Source of the DNA: Yuukianura sp. NJ FZ-2021
Taxonomy: Eukaryota
Direction: 5' to 3'
NCBI GenBank assembly: GCA_046563655.1
Contig: CM102287.1
Span: forward strand, 5,022,001-5,086,000
DNA: 64,000 nt
Positions 1 through 13,400 of this stretch are shown one piece after another; within the stretch, counting starts at the first letter, position 1; the number at the start of each line of letters is the position of its first letter. A program made the translations under genes and the position numbers. The notes under the pieces are model-generated. The model was not told the DNA's origin and made no database searches. It saw only the letters and a list, made by a program, of their open reading frames with translations.

Positions 1-1188
1 AAGAAGTCAAACTTTAGGCAGAAACTGCATTTCTGGAGAATTTTGTTTAAGAAGTTGCATAATAAAACGTAAAAGCGGTTCACCACTGGTGTCGAACTAG
101 GCAGACACATTAGAGATTAGACTTTAAGCTGATTTTTCGGATTTGTATTATGTGTAGCCTAGGTTGTGTTTTTTTATGATTTTAAGTTAGTTTTGAGATT
201 AGGTTTGGCGTTTAAGGTTGTTTTAGGCTTTTCGTGAACTCTTTCTACCAGTAACAGACAAATTATCCGTTTCCGTTTGTTTTTCGTGTCCTGTCAGTGT
301 ATTCTCAGGAAGTTGTTTGCTTTTACCGCGGCTTTTAAGGTCTTTTTTTAGCTTTGGTTCTACGTCAACTTGACCCATGACCCCACCTACTCACTTAATC
401 ATTTCCTGGAACTAAAAAAAGTTGGCGGATCCAGGCAGTGCTGGCGGAGAAAGTAAAGCAATAAAGCTCAAGTCGCTGCTCTTTCATTTCTTTGTCAAAT
501 GGCCTCATCTTGGTTATTAGTTATTGATTTGTAGTCGTTTTAGCTTGTGTATGTTAGGTATGTTTGGTTAGCCTATCCGTGTCACAAGATGTTTTTGTCA
601 GTGCAATTTGACTTGGCAAGGTCAACACGCCATAGAATTCGAGAGAGCAAGGTCGAAAGGTCACTTCCGCCAAACGAACTCTTGAGCTAAAAGCAAAGTC
701 GCTTGGCTTTTGGCACACGCTTCCGCGTTATTTTACTCGAGTTATTGCATCAACGTTAACAATGTTCCTTTAGGTTAGCTCTGTTCTTGTTTCCTAGTTG
801 AAACTTACTTGTTAGTTCATGAACTACGCGTGATTACTGAAAAATTATTCGAAAGCATGAATTTTGTGACCAAAAAATTACTTTCGTAGTTTGAGTTTTC
901 AATTACGCTGATCCAGTGCAAACTCAATTTGCGTGAGTTTCGTGCTATGTTATGGTTATGGGTCGTATCAATTTTAGGCAGACGCATAGTCGAGTTGATT
1001 AAAATAGAAACAGGATGACCTTTGACCCTGCTGTAGCAAATGTAAATTACAGTTTACCACCTTGATGCAATTTGAAGTAAAAGTTAAAAAAAATACCACC
1101 GTTTCTTTTGGACACAGCATTACATAACTTGAAAGTAAAACAACGTTTTTCTAAAACAAGTTTTTAATTTAGAGTGGCTTAATTTCAG

Positions 1189-4100
1189 GATCCAAATCTG
1201 GACGAAGCCACTACCTCCTTCATGGCCGTTCCTCCATCAGTTCCCGTTGAAACAGAGGCAAAAGCAAATGGGCAGCAAAGAAACGGCAGCGTTTTGACGC
1301 TGGCGTTGGATGCACCTACTGTTAAAAGCACCAATAACAACGTCGCGACGCCGCCATCTTGTACACCGCTGTGCGACGACGACGAAACCGCGGATGACGA
1401 TGGGAAGCAAGATCAAGATGACTTTGACAAAGTGTCGCTCACGTTCCGCGGTATCTATCTCCCTACGCTCACCAATCGCTTCAAAGAAAAAAAGCTGGAA
1501 GCAGCGTATCAGCGATACGCTTGTCGCCAGGTAACTCAAACTTTAAAACTTGAAACCCATTTTATGAAAAATTGGAATCGTTTTATTTTATTTTTTTAGC
1601 TAAAAAGTTTCAATGTGTGCTTTAAGTGGTAACTTTTTGTTTTGTTTTTCTTTTTACAGAGACAGAAGTCCCTTGTGATTGTAAATTTTATTGACCTTGT
1701 CGTAAAAGTTGTGATGTTGACATTTATCCTCTACTGGAGCTTCGAGATTGACCCCATGGAGAGTGCACAGAGTGACCCAGGTCGTGACATCCACCCCCTC
1801 CAGACAGCCCTTGTCCAGCACATGTTTCTGTTCACTGGAATCTGTTCAGCTCTGAACGTAGTGCTGGGAACACTAGCTTCATGGAAACAATTTGCTAACA
1901 AGTATCTCCACTGGAACGCTCTCGGAACTTGGCTCCTCCTTTTTCTTCAGGGTGAAAAAATACAGAGATCTTGATCACAAACATAAAACAATTGAGGCCA
2001 CTTAAGCCCAACTGGGATCAATTTGGCCTCAATTGCCAAATTTACTTATTGCCCAAATGCGTCAAAGTACTCAAAATTAATGTTATTTTAATTATTGTGA
2101 ACTTTACAGGGACGTTGCGAATAGTTTTGATGCTCAGTCAGCCGGCCTCTGTTTTCTGGTATATCCTATTTGTGATTTTTGCAACATATGCAATGCTCCC
2201 GATGCCCCTACGGTAAGTAGATTTTGAAAAACTGGACTAACTTAATGTAAAAGACTAACGTGATGTGAAAGTTAATTTTAGTTTTGTGGGCTAACTGGGA
2301 ATGCTGATTTCAAAATTGCGTATTCTAGTAGGTTCAAGGTCAACGACTTGCGTTTTGTTAAAAACTGAGTGAATTTGAACAGTGTTTGTAGGAGAGGGAG
2401 TGTTTAAGGTTCATTTCGTATTTTGCATTTGAACAACTGTTTGAACAAGAGTCGTTCAAATAGAGTCCTTGGAGACGTTATGGCCGCTCCTTTCGGAAGC
2501 TAACTTGAGGCCATTCCTTGTGGAATAAGGTTCCGAATTAAGCTTAATTTCCATTTCCAAGCTGCTAATGACAAGTCGTTTGGAAGTGGACTGGAACAGT
2601 GGCAGTATACTAAAAGTTGCTAACTCAGAAATGAACTAGTCGCTTTCCCTTCTAGCTTTTCCTCTATTAGCTAAAGATGCAAATGCTCACAGTTGGGACT
2701 CAACCTATTCCATTAGGACGACTTTCACCAACTGACATCGTCATAACTCCCGAATGACCTTGTGAATTTCATCTTCCAAATGCATTTCAATGTCTTTTCC
2801 GCTGAAAGCGGCAATTTTAGTAACGTATCAGCAAGTTTTGTCAGCAATTTTAGCAAAAAAAAATGACCAGCTTTCTCTTCCCTTTCGTTTTTAACTTTTA
2901 TGTTTGATTTTGATGTGGAAAACAAAATTTTTAAGTAATAAGTTTCTGACTGTCTCTAATGCGAATTTTTGATTTTTGTGAAAATAAATTTTGAAAAGGC
3001 TGTCATATTTTTACAGATGGGGAGCTCTGGCAGCAAGTACGACGGCAATAGTTCATCTAATCCTGTCTGCCATACCGTACTACAACACTTCTACTGCAAC
3101 TGAACTTGTAAGTTGACCTTGACCTCTAACGTTAGACTTTGAGTAAGAAAATCTAATTTCGTAAAGCTGAGAAACTCTGTTTCAACAGTAGTAGAAACAG
3201 AAACAAGTTTCTTGAGAAAAGGAAGAATTTTGTGCAATTCCTACTTTCTCCATGGATATTTGGAGTCTCAAGGAGTAGTCGTTAGGTCGTAATTTTAGAA
3301 TTTACTGTTCTCGTTTTCTTAGGACTTGTTCTAAAGCTCTAACTTTTAAGAGAAAGTGAAACTAGATTTAGAACAAGATCTTTTTTTTCTGGAGAAGCTA
3401 AAACTAAAGCCAAAATCAGGTGAAGACTGAGGAAAAGGAAGCGTAAAAAAGTCGACTTTCACGCAATCTTCAAAATTCCTCAGACTTTCTCTCATTGCCT
3501 TTTCAGTTTCAGTTTCCAGAAGAAGACAATTTCTTAAGACTTTTTCTTTGCTTTTTGCACTAGTTTTCTTTGTCTTGTTTTTGCAAAAACGAAGGGGCGG
3601 ATGAGTTTTCTAAGTGGGTTGTTTAGATCCTGCCGACTGTCGGGGTTAGGCTCATCCTCCTTTTTCTTTTCTCTTTTTTCAATTGGATTTTCTAAATGAG
3701 GAAAAATAGCATGAGGAGAAAAGTCGACTTTTTCTGAAATTCCTGTAATTGTCTTTTACTGCTTTTCATTTCATTCCTGTCAGCAAAGTGGAAAATGTCA
3801 GTTTAAGTCCTTCTGACAGAAACATGGAACAAAAGTCATGTCAGTCATGGCGGAGAAAGTCTTTTGTGTCTTTCTTTTCTTCACGCGGTAAAACTAAAAA
3901 AAGAGCTAACTTTAAAAAAAATTTGAGAATTACAAAAAAAAATTCCGAAAAATCCCAAACTCAAAAATTGTTGAGAAAACAAAGTGAAAGCGGTGGGGGG
4001 TTCAACAATAATAGCAAGGAATCATTATGAAATTCTCAGACCCCGCTTTTCTCTAGGATTTTTTTGTCGTAAAATTGTTCTGGAAAATGACCTTAGGAAT

Positions 4101-7100
4101 TCTGAAATTTTGAAAATTTTCATTTTGATTGTTGATATTTTTCAGGATTCTTCCGGAACTGTTCCATGTATTGTTCAAACGGTGACTGCTGATGCTCTGA
4201 TTTACACGGGCATCAATCTCGGAGCTCTCTACACCCGATTTCTGACTGATCGAGGTCAACGGAACGCCTTTCTGGAGACAAGACGCTACATTCAAATGCA
4301 CTACAGAACAAAGCGGGAAAATGAAAAACAGGAACGCCTTCTTCTCTCAGGTATGCTAGCCTAACATTTTATACAATTTTTAACCTAACTAACCTAACGT
4401 AGCAAGCACCCAACCTACAAAATACATTGAGCAGCGAGTAACCGCTTGACCTAGTTCTCTTCTATACACTAGGTCAAGCGGTTGCACAATTCCAATTTTT
4501 TTCGTTTGGGAAATCTCTCAAAGTTCTCATAATGTGAAAAAGAAATGAAAAAGTTCTGAATTCAGAATGGAAAATGTTTTTTGAGAGCTCTTTTGGTTTC
4601 AAACTAAAGCTTTTCCATATTTTTTTTTTAAAAACTTTTTATCACAAGGTTTGGAAAGTTGGAATTATGGTTTCAAGCGAGCGATAGTTAACGCGATAAC
4701 GGTGAAGCATGATAGCCGATAAGGTTTGAGTTGCTACTTTCACTCAACTGGGTTCAAGGAAAAGATGTTTTTGAAAAGTTTTTTGTTTTTGTCAAGTCAA
4801 GGGTGATGAAGGGGAACTGCTGGAGTGAAAGTTTGAGTTTTTATCACGAAGTGAGGTCAAAGGTCATCATGACTCTGAATAGGATTAAGTAAGTGGTGTC
4901 AAGCTTTGGTTGTGACACTGTAGGAATAATAAAACCATCATCAGTTTAGAACATGGTTTTTGTCTAGTATAAAAAATAATGCTAGGTTTTTGTGTGAACA
5001 AAGCTCGTATTAAGTAGGTTGATGTGTCCCATGTGTCAACACGCGAGAGAAAGTTACTCAATGTCACCACGTGGAAGTAACAAAATATTCTAAAATTGTG
5101 AAAATGTGTTTTGATTTTTTAAAACAGTTCTGCCGTCGTTTGTTGCAAAAGAATTGGTACGAGATTTAGCAACTGCTGAAGAATTTCAAACGTCTCAGTT
5201 TCACAAGATTTACCTTCACCGCTATGAAAATGTGTCGATTTTGTTTGCTGATGTCAAAGGTTTCACGGGTAAGGAAATAGTTACTCCCTTTAAATTCACT
5301 TTTCCTCATTTTATCTGAGATTTCGAAATTTTGAATTCCTGAATTTCCAAGTTATTAAAATGCCCAAGTTGTCGTAAATTTTGAGAGGATGCGGTTCAGT
5401 ACCTTCCTTAAAATGAAATCGATCCACAAAGGGAAAAAATCTTCTCAGAAAAGTTGCGATTCTGGGATGCTTTTTCAACTTCAGCTTTTTGAAAAGATTT
5501 TCTAGCTTTGAGATTTCTCCTTTTTTCTGAAAGTTAAAATGGGTTTCCCACTTCAACTTTCGTTTTTGTTGATTTGAAATCTTGAGGTTTCATCTCCTCA
5601 ATTTCTTTTCTATGAAATGGTTTCCAGTTCGGTTAAGTTTGATCCTTTAAAGCTCAAAGTGCTTTACCACTTGACAAGAGAAAAGTTACAGACAATTACC
5701 ATTGGAAAACGTAATTTGGAGTTTGACTGGATTTGGGGATAACGCTCAAATTTACTGCTCTTCCATTTAAAATGGGGAGCATTGAACTTTTTTAAATTTC
5801 AAATCTACTTATATAAAATCGAGACCCTGTTTATCTGTGTGTGTGTGTGTGTGTGTGTCTGTTCCTCTACTCCTCCGAAACTACTGGACCGATTTCGACA
5901 AATGAGGTGTCTTTTTTTTCGTGAGGTCACCCCGAAGAGCGTAGGCTATGTCACATGTTGATCTGACCTTTGACCTTTGACCCAGCGCACTGACCTCATG
6001 CGAAATCAAAGGAAACATAGGCATGTAATATATCAATCGAAAGGGTAGGTCAAATGAAATCGATTGACGTTTCACATGATGACCTCTGACCTTTGACCTT
6101 TGACCCAGAGCAGTGACCTCATGCGAAATCAAAGGAAACATAGGCATGTAATATATCAATCGAAAGGGTAGGTCAAATGAAGTCGATTGACGTTTCACAT
6201 GATGACCTCTGACCTTTGACCTTTGACCCAGAGCAGTAACCTCATGCGAACTCAAAGTCCGAAATCAAAGTCCTGCTACTCCTCCGAAACTACTGGACCG
6301 ATTGGGACAAATGAGGTGTCCTTTTCTTTGTGAGGTCACCCCAAAGAGCATAGGCTATTTGACATTTTGACCTGTGACCTTTGACCCTTGACGTAGCGCG
6401 ATGACCTCACAAAATCGTACCAACCAAAGGCAAGTGACATGTCATTCGAAAGCAGAGGTCAAATGCAGTCGATTGATGTACGACACATTGACCTGTGCCC
6501 TTTGACCCAGAGCGGTGACTTGACACAGATTTAAGCCGAAAATAGGCATGTGATATATCATTTGAACGGGGAGGTTGAAAGGAGTTGATTGACGTATGAT
6601 ACGATGATCTATGACCACTGACCCTTGACCCAGAGCGGTGACCTCTTATAGAATTAAACTGAACATAGGCAAGTGACATGTCATTCGAAAGCAGAGGCTA
6701 AATGCAGTCGATTGATGCATAACATGTTAACCTGTGACATTTGACCCTTGACCCAGAGCGATGACCTCACATAAAATTAAACCAAACACAGGCAAGTGAC
6801 ATGTCGTCATTCGAATGGTCATGTCCTTCCTACACGTTAAACATTAATCAGGTGGACGGGTTGTTTTAAGGGATTTCCGCCTGGGCAAATGGTAATGCAA
6901 GATAGCTTCATGAAAATAAATGATACTAATGTATCTCAAACGGGTAACGGGTTCCCAAAAGTGATACGTTTTTCTATGTGTGTTCGTATACACTACCACA
7001 AAAGCTAGCCCCGCTTTCACAAGCGGGTATCATACCTTGTTCTAAAATAAGGTACTCAAACACTTTTAGTCTTTGCTGAGGTTTCGGTTTTTCGGAGAGT

Positions 7101-10100
7101 TAAAGAAAAGACGTCAATCAAACGCTGAAATTGAGTTTTCAAGTTGTTTTTTTTTCCTAGAGTGAATCTTAATATTTTGCTGAATTGAGTCGTATAGGCT
7201 CGTCAGTGTTTTTTCCAAGTGGATAATAAGCTTTCCAAAAAAAATTGTTTTGTTAATCCGTCTTTGATTTTTTGAAAATTCGCAGAACTTGCAAGCTCTT
7301 GTTCTCCTCAGGAATTGGTTCGAATACTGAATGATTTATTTGGTCGCTTCGACAAATTAGCTACGGTAAGTCACAAATTTCTCATACAATTGAATTTGAA
7401 GCAAGTACGTAACTTGAAATTTCGTAAAATTATCGGTCACATGTCGAGAAAATATTTCGAGTGGCGTTATTATTTCGAATAACCTCTGACCTACCAATCA
7501 ATTTTCGATAGGAGACGGGGTGCCTGAGAATTAAACTTTTGGGAGACTGTTATTACTGCGTAAGTTTGATTACCGTATGTGAAGGAATTTCAAATTTGTT
7601 ATATTAGAGCAATTCCATTTCACATTTCACTTAATTTAACTTCTTTTGACTTTTTAACTTGTAACTTTTTTCAGGTGAGTGGCCTACCGGAGACGAGACC
7701 AGATCATGCCATGTGCTGTGTAGATTTGGCACTTCATATGATCCGAGCCATCCGATTTGTGAGACAAGACAAAAGAGTAAGTAGCAACACAAACAAATTT
7801 CATATCTGTCATCCCCCGTCTGTCCGTAATTGATCCTCTCTAAGTGAAAAGTAATTTGCGCCTAACAGCTTTGTTTAAATTAAGTTTGACAAGTACTTAA
7901 AACGCCACGGGGTCAGTGACCTAAAAAAGGATGGAAGCGAAGATAAATGAACTTTGTGGAATTCATTTTCCAAAAATTAGTTTCATTCTGCTGATTGTGA
8001 GAGGCTCACAAAAAAACCGAGATTCGGAGACAGGAAATTGCAATCTGTCTTAATTAAACTAAAAGGCAACATGATTTTGCTTGGCGCAACAAAGTATATG
8101 CTCAATTTCAGAACGCAGGGGACACTGACTCTCAACTTTCTGTTTGACCTTATGCAATTTGGGTTTAGGTCAATTTAGACATGCGTATTGGAATCCACTC
8201 TGGAGCTGTTCTATGTGGGGTCCTTGGCCTTCGGAAATGGCAATTTGACATTTGGTCTCATGATGTCAACATTGCAAATCACATGGAGTCTGGTGGGGTT
8301 CCGGGGTAAGTCAATGGTCAATGTCTTAACATATAAATTTAAATGGTAAACTTTTAACGTACTTTGGAATGTATTTTTGATCTCTTGTTCTAACTTGCCG
8401 TTCGATTTAAACTTTAGATTTCGCGATGTTGTTGTAATAATTTATTTGCAATTTTTTAAACAGGAGAGTACACATCTCAGAAGCAACTTTAAAATACCTT
8501 CAGAACACGTATGAAGTTGAGCCAGGATTTGGCGCTACACGAGATACCTTCCTACGCGTAAGTTTTCCGTAATGCGATTTTTGAACAACAGTTTATTTCT
8601 GTAATCCCACAGTTTTTATGGTCTAGTGACCTCTACATCCTTGGCGCTTTTGAATTTTCTAAGGATTAGATTTTGGTGACCTTAAAGAAATTTGAGTGCA
8701 ATGACAAATTCCGTGATGTTGGGCTAGTGCTTTATTTTAAGTCAAAGAAGATTTGTCTCATTCCGAATTCGGATCTGATTAATTCACTGAATTCGGTTCC
8801 ACATCTGTGCCTTTTCCCCGCTGTGCTGTGCACCCACTCACGGCACTTTACTTTCATAAAAACTAACGTGACGTTCCCAACATCTTTTTATAGATGATCC
8901 CCTACTACTAGGAAGATTTTTAAATTCACTTCTTTCAATGAAAACTGAATTTTGAATTTGTTCAAAAAATTTTAGAGACAAAAATCGCTTGGGTTTCCGG
9001 AGGGGGAGGGTATCACAAAACTTTCTCCGGTTTTATCACCAGCTGGAGAATCGTAAACCGAGTTTACGTCTTTTTCATTCTGGGCTTCTAAAAATATTTT
9101 TTTATGTCAATTTTTTTTTTAGTTTGAAGGTACGCTTGAAATGAAAAATTCATAAAAATTTTAAATTTAATAAAGACCTCCCTGTAACACGTCCGGTAAC
9201 TTTCAATTTTCGGTAAATGGAACGTGCTTGTGTTAAAGTTTTGGAAATTTTGAACTTGACCTGTCTTTTGCTAAGGCTTTACTGGGCCAGAGATTCAATT
9301 AAATGATACACGTGGCATTGGCAGTAGGCGGAAATTAGTAAGTGGTTTTCAAAATTTTGAACTTGAGTTTCAAAACTTCTGCCGAAAACAGCTTGTCTTG
9401 AAAAGCCACCGAAAATGATTTTGTGATAACTTTGAGGTCAAATCGGAAAAGCAAACTTTCTCTTGCCTTTCCCTTTGCCTTCAAAATAACCCGGGTATTT
9501 TCGTTGCCGATTTGAAAAGTAAGTCTGTTGAAGTTTCCCTGCAGTTTCTGAGAGATTCTGAAAATGTTTTTTTGTTTAGTCAATTTTCAGAATTTTGGGG
9601 CGACAGGAAAAAGTTGTGTCTAGTCCTAAGTTGCCTGTGAATTATTCCTTAACTCCTTCCGCGTGTCCTGAATTCCTTAAATGGTCAAAGTTTGTGTCAA
9701 TTTATGCCACTTTTCGCTGTCTGGGTGCCAAATTCTCGGGGCGGGAAAGGAAGTCTGTTTAAGGCAATCTGTGCTAGACGAACTCGGGGTGGTACACGAG
9801 TTAAAGTTCTAGAATTCTCTTCTACTTCTATTCTAAAATTCTAGACTTTATGAAATTCTGAAATTTTGAAAACATTTTGTGGTCAAATGTTTCGGAGAAA
9901 GTAGCTTTTTCCGTGGTTTTCCTTTTTAATTGAAAATGTAAATAGAAATGTTTTCCAATTTACTTCAAGGTTGTCACAAAATTTGAGAAAACGCACCAAG
10001 GAAAAACTTAGTGTTAGTTGTAGTGCTAGTGCCAAGAAAAATGAAAGTATGAAAAACTCAACTTCAAAAATTTTGAGGTTTAGGTTTTGAAAATTTGGAT

Positions 10101-10457
10101 TCTACGATAGCGTTTTTTTTATTTGAAAACTTTGTGCCAATATAACGTTGGAAAGTATGCTGCGTAGGGTGACTCTTCAGTGCAAGGTCAAGAAGACGAC
10201 AAAATCTTCGAAGGTTTTGGGGAAAGCTGCTTTTTCTTTGGGTAGGAAAAGGTTGAGGGAAATGGAGCCATGAATTTCTGTAGACATTTATGATGTTCTT
10301 TTGTTGAATAGTTACTCCCTCAAAAGAGAAAGTTAAGCAAAGGATCAAACTATTCCTGAAACTCAAACTGTTCCACTTACTATAACTCATAAAAACAAAA
10401 GGCTTTGGATGTACTTGGAGAAGGGGATGTTTCTAGAAGAAAAAGACAGACTTTTTC

Positions 10458-10496
<39 letters not shown>

Positions 10497-13400
10497 TCCT
10501 CGCAGAAATCAAATCTGCGGATTAGTCATGCCTCAGGAACTGCTTTCTTCTGCAATTCTTCTAAATCACATCCCAAGATCTAATCAGATCAAATGGATTT
10601 TTTTTGCAGGACCATAAGATTGAAACTTTTCTGATCAAAAGAGATGAACCACTACGTCCAAAACGCAAGCACCGCGGCCTCCTTCCGCCCAATCCAAAAC
10701 GAGCTCTGCGCGCTCCAAGTGTAGTTCTGAATGCAGGACTCCTTGCGTCGGCCTTGAGCAGTATTGGACATCGCAAGTCACTGGATGCGTCTCAAGAGTC
10801 ATACACTGCTACGGTGGACAGAGGCAGTCCGCATAGCCCTGGAGAAGCGTCGACGCACTCTGAAGAAAACGGAACAACGCCACATGCTGCAGCTTCTCCA
10901 GACGGGGTAAGAATGCCTTCGCAGATTACTTCAGAAATAAAAATTTCTTGCGATATCGCTCCAAAATGCGTTCGGTTTAGTTTGGCGATGTGTGATTTCG
11001 AATAATTTAATCATAATTTGAAAAGTAGCGCGACACCGGGAACAAAGTTTAGTGTACGGTTCAGTACTTTTTGCCTAAAATTTTGAGTTTTGAGTCCCGG
11101 AAATCTTGATGAACCGTGGAATTGCCTCGTTCATCTTGCCCAACGACTGTCATCAACAAGGTTATTAACGAATCTAAAAATCTAATGTATCCCTTGAGCT
11201 CCAACTGTGGCTACCGAGCCCCACCAACGGTTCCCACCAGTCTTTTGTGAGGCGTTGTGCTTTGTCTCTGCAATGAATTTGATCATGATGAAGATCATAA
11301 TAAATCCACCATGAAAGGAGACGATGGAGCTCGGGGGAAAAGCAGGCAAAGAGAAAGTCTCGAGTGGAACTAAAATGAAATCGATTCTCTTTGTCAAAGG
11401 ACTCGAGTATTAATGAACAGGCAACGACAAAGCATTAGTTTTTCACAAAATTTCAAAATACGTTTCAGCACTTAGAGAAAAGTGCTGCTTTTCATGTTTA
11501 CAACTTTTTTTTTTAAAAAAAAACTTCTTACTTCAATCAAAACTAACCCTGTGGAGGCACACATTTCAGAATTTTAAAAGTTTTTCCTTTAAAAGCTCAG
11601 ATGAATCAAACTTTGTGAGTTGTTTTTATTTGTTTTGTATTTGTTTTTGGATTTCATGTCAAAATGTATGATTTGAATGAATGGTTTGAAATTCCTGAAA
11701 AAGTAGATGATGGTAATGGAGAAAGCTGTGTAGTATGTAGTAGTGGTTGTTCTGAGAAATTGCGACATTCGAAGGGCGACACTTCAACGTCGTGAAGAAG
11801 CAACAAAATTTATGACGACTTTCTCCTCGTCCTTCGCACTTTCCATGGCGCCTAGACTCTAACAAATTCACACCCACATCCCCTTCCCCACCACTGCCAC
11901 GGTCATGGTAAAACGCCCTCGCTTGGGTTGTGAAACCATAAAGGGGCTGAAAAAAATCTCATTCCACGGTTCACTACGGTTTTTGCGACGCTCACGCTGT
12001 TAAACTCGGAAAAAATTATGCTTTCGTTGTCACTTTTTTGTGGAAAACGCAAAACCAATCTACTGAAATGAATTTACGTGCGCTTAACGTTTTGCTTTGT
12101 GTGTTTGAATTCAGTACCGCGCAGTTGTGATTCAGTGACTTCCAAAATGGAGTTAGACGATCCGTATCGAACTGCGTTCAACGATTTTCGGATACGAAAA
12201 GACAATATTTTAGAAATTTTTTCAGAAAATCGATCTTTGGTGGAGCAACGAGGTCAATTTTGTTTGCGTTTCATTAGGCTAAGAGAGTAGTAAAGTGTGT
12301 TATGCTTCCTGTGTCCTTCGTAACATAATCCAATGTAGAGGTCACGCGTGTTGGTCATCCTGTAATGCGAATTTGTTTTGTTACGTGCACTACACATTAT
12401 CCTTGACCAGTTCTATTAGCGCCAGACGAAGCGTTTCAATTTCCCGTTTTTGTGAAATTACAAAATTTGCAACGTTTTTGGATCAAAATTTGCAATTTTT
12501 GGGAGCAAAATGTTCCAAACGATCGCATTTTCGCATTTCCAATATTCGCGGTTCAGTTCACTTTCATTGTAATTCAGGGCTCCTCTCTTCGGAGAAAGCA
12601 AAAGAGAATGGGCCATTGACCATAAAATGGTGTTTTTTTTTCGTTGTGAACGTTCACTGGAATTTGGTCACCCATAAATGAATACTAAATCGGAACAGTT
12701 TGTTAGACCCGTTCAAAATACAAAGTTTGGTCGTTTTTTGAAAATTTGGAAATTTGTTTTTAACAATTCCGTTTTTTTTTCAATAGGGAACAATGGGAAA
12801 TGGAGATGGAGACAAAAGTGGATATGGTGAAACGTTGTCATCAGACTATGATGGAAACACAACGTCTTCAAGATCTCTTATATGGAATTCAGTAGAAATG
12901 GATGGATCCGACTACCTCATGGATCACTGCATTGAAATTGATTCTAATCGCAGAATGAGAGATCAGTTCATCAATCCAATCAGACTCACCTTCAAAGATT
13001 CTCAAATGGAAACTGATGTAAGAAGGAATATTTTTAAAAATTCAAACCTTTTTGAACTTTTTTAAACGTGATCATTACTTTTGTTTATAGTTTTGCCAGT
13101 TGAAGGAGGACACTTTCAAATCCAATGTTGTGTGTGTCTTCATCATGTGGCTTTTCACGGCTGCTAGTCTCATCGTCATCATTCCAACGTAAGAAAGTAT
13201 TTTTGAAACCAAATTTTTTTCAGAGTTTCTCAAAAATTCATTAAGAAAAAGAATCAATTTTACTGAAAACTTAAAACTGGATCCTAAAAATTTCTGTTTT
13301 TGTCAAGTTTTGCGATTTTTTTTTCTTCCTATCCAATTTTTGAGACGTTTTAAGCCATTTCCAAACGTTTCTACAAAAACGATTTTTTTACTGGGAAGCG

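Larger units (their letters stand above)
5804..7039 (+). mobile_element. Non-autonomous Helitron-like element (Lep1/HINE-like architecture) with internal ~120-bp tandem repeats
   Basis: Inserted between A and T. Starts TC (tctacttatataaaa) followed by a (TG)n microsatellite and 'aaactactggaccgattt'. Ends with hairpin cccgctt-tcac-aagcggg (7010-7027), then 8 nt and CTTG (variant of CTRR). No TSD or TIR. Confidence 0.7.

Noticed and set aside
3428..3790. Degenerate direct repeat (tgaggaaaa...aaagtcgacttt...aaattcct) about 270 bp apart
   Set aside because: Low identity, no termini or TSD; probably an old local duplication.
5881..6255. 124-aa minus-strand ORF with an internal repeat ([17 protein letters not shown]...)
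   Set aside because: It is a by-product of the ~120-bp tandem repeat in the Helitron-like element, with no protein-like features.
5964..6810. Regularly spaced repeats resembling a CRISPR array
   Set aside because: The 'spacers' are themselves repeated, the context is a eukaryotic intron and no cas genes are present.
11186..12290. Possible alternative exon or internal promoter for a truncated cyclase in the 10907-12786 intron
   Set aside because: Only short stop-bounded frames and generic TCAGT motifs; no frame-compatible splice pair found.
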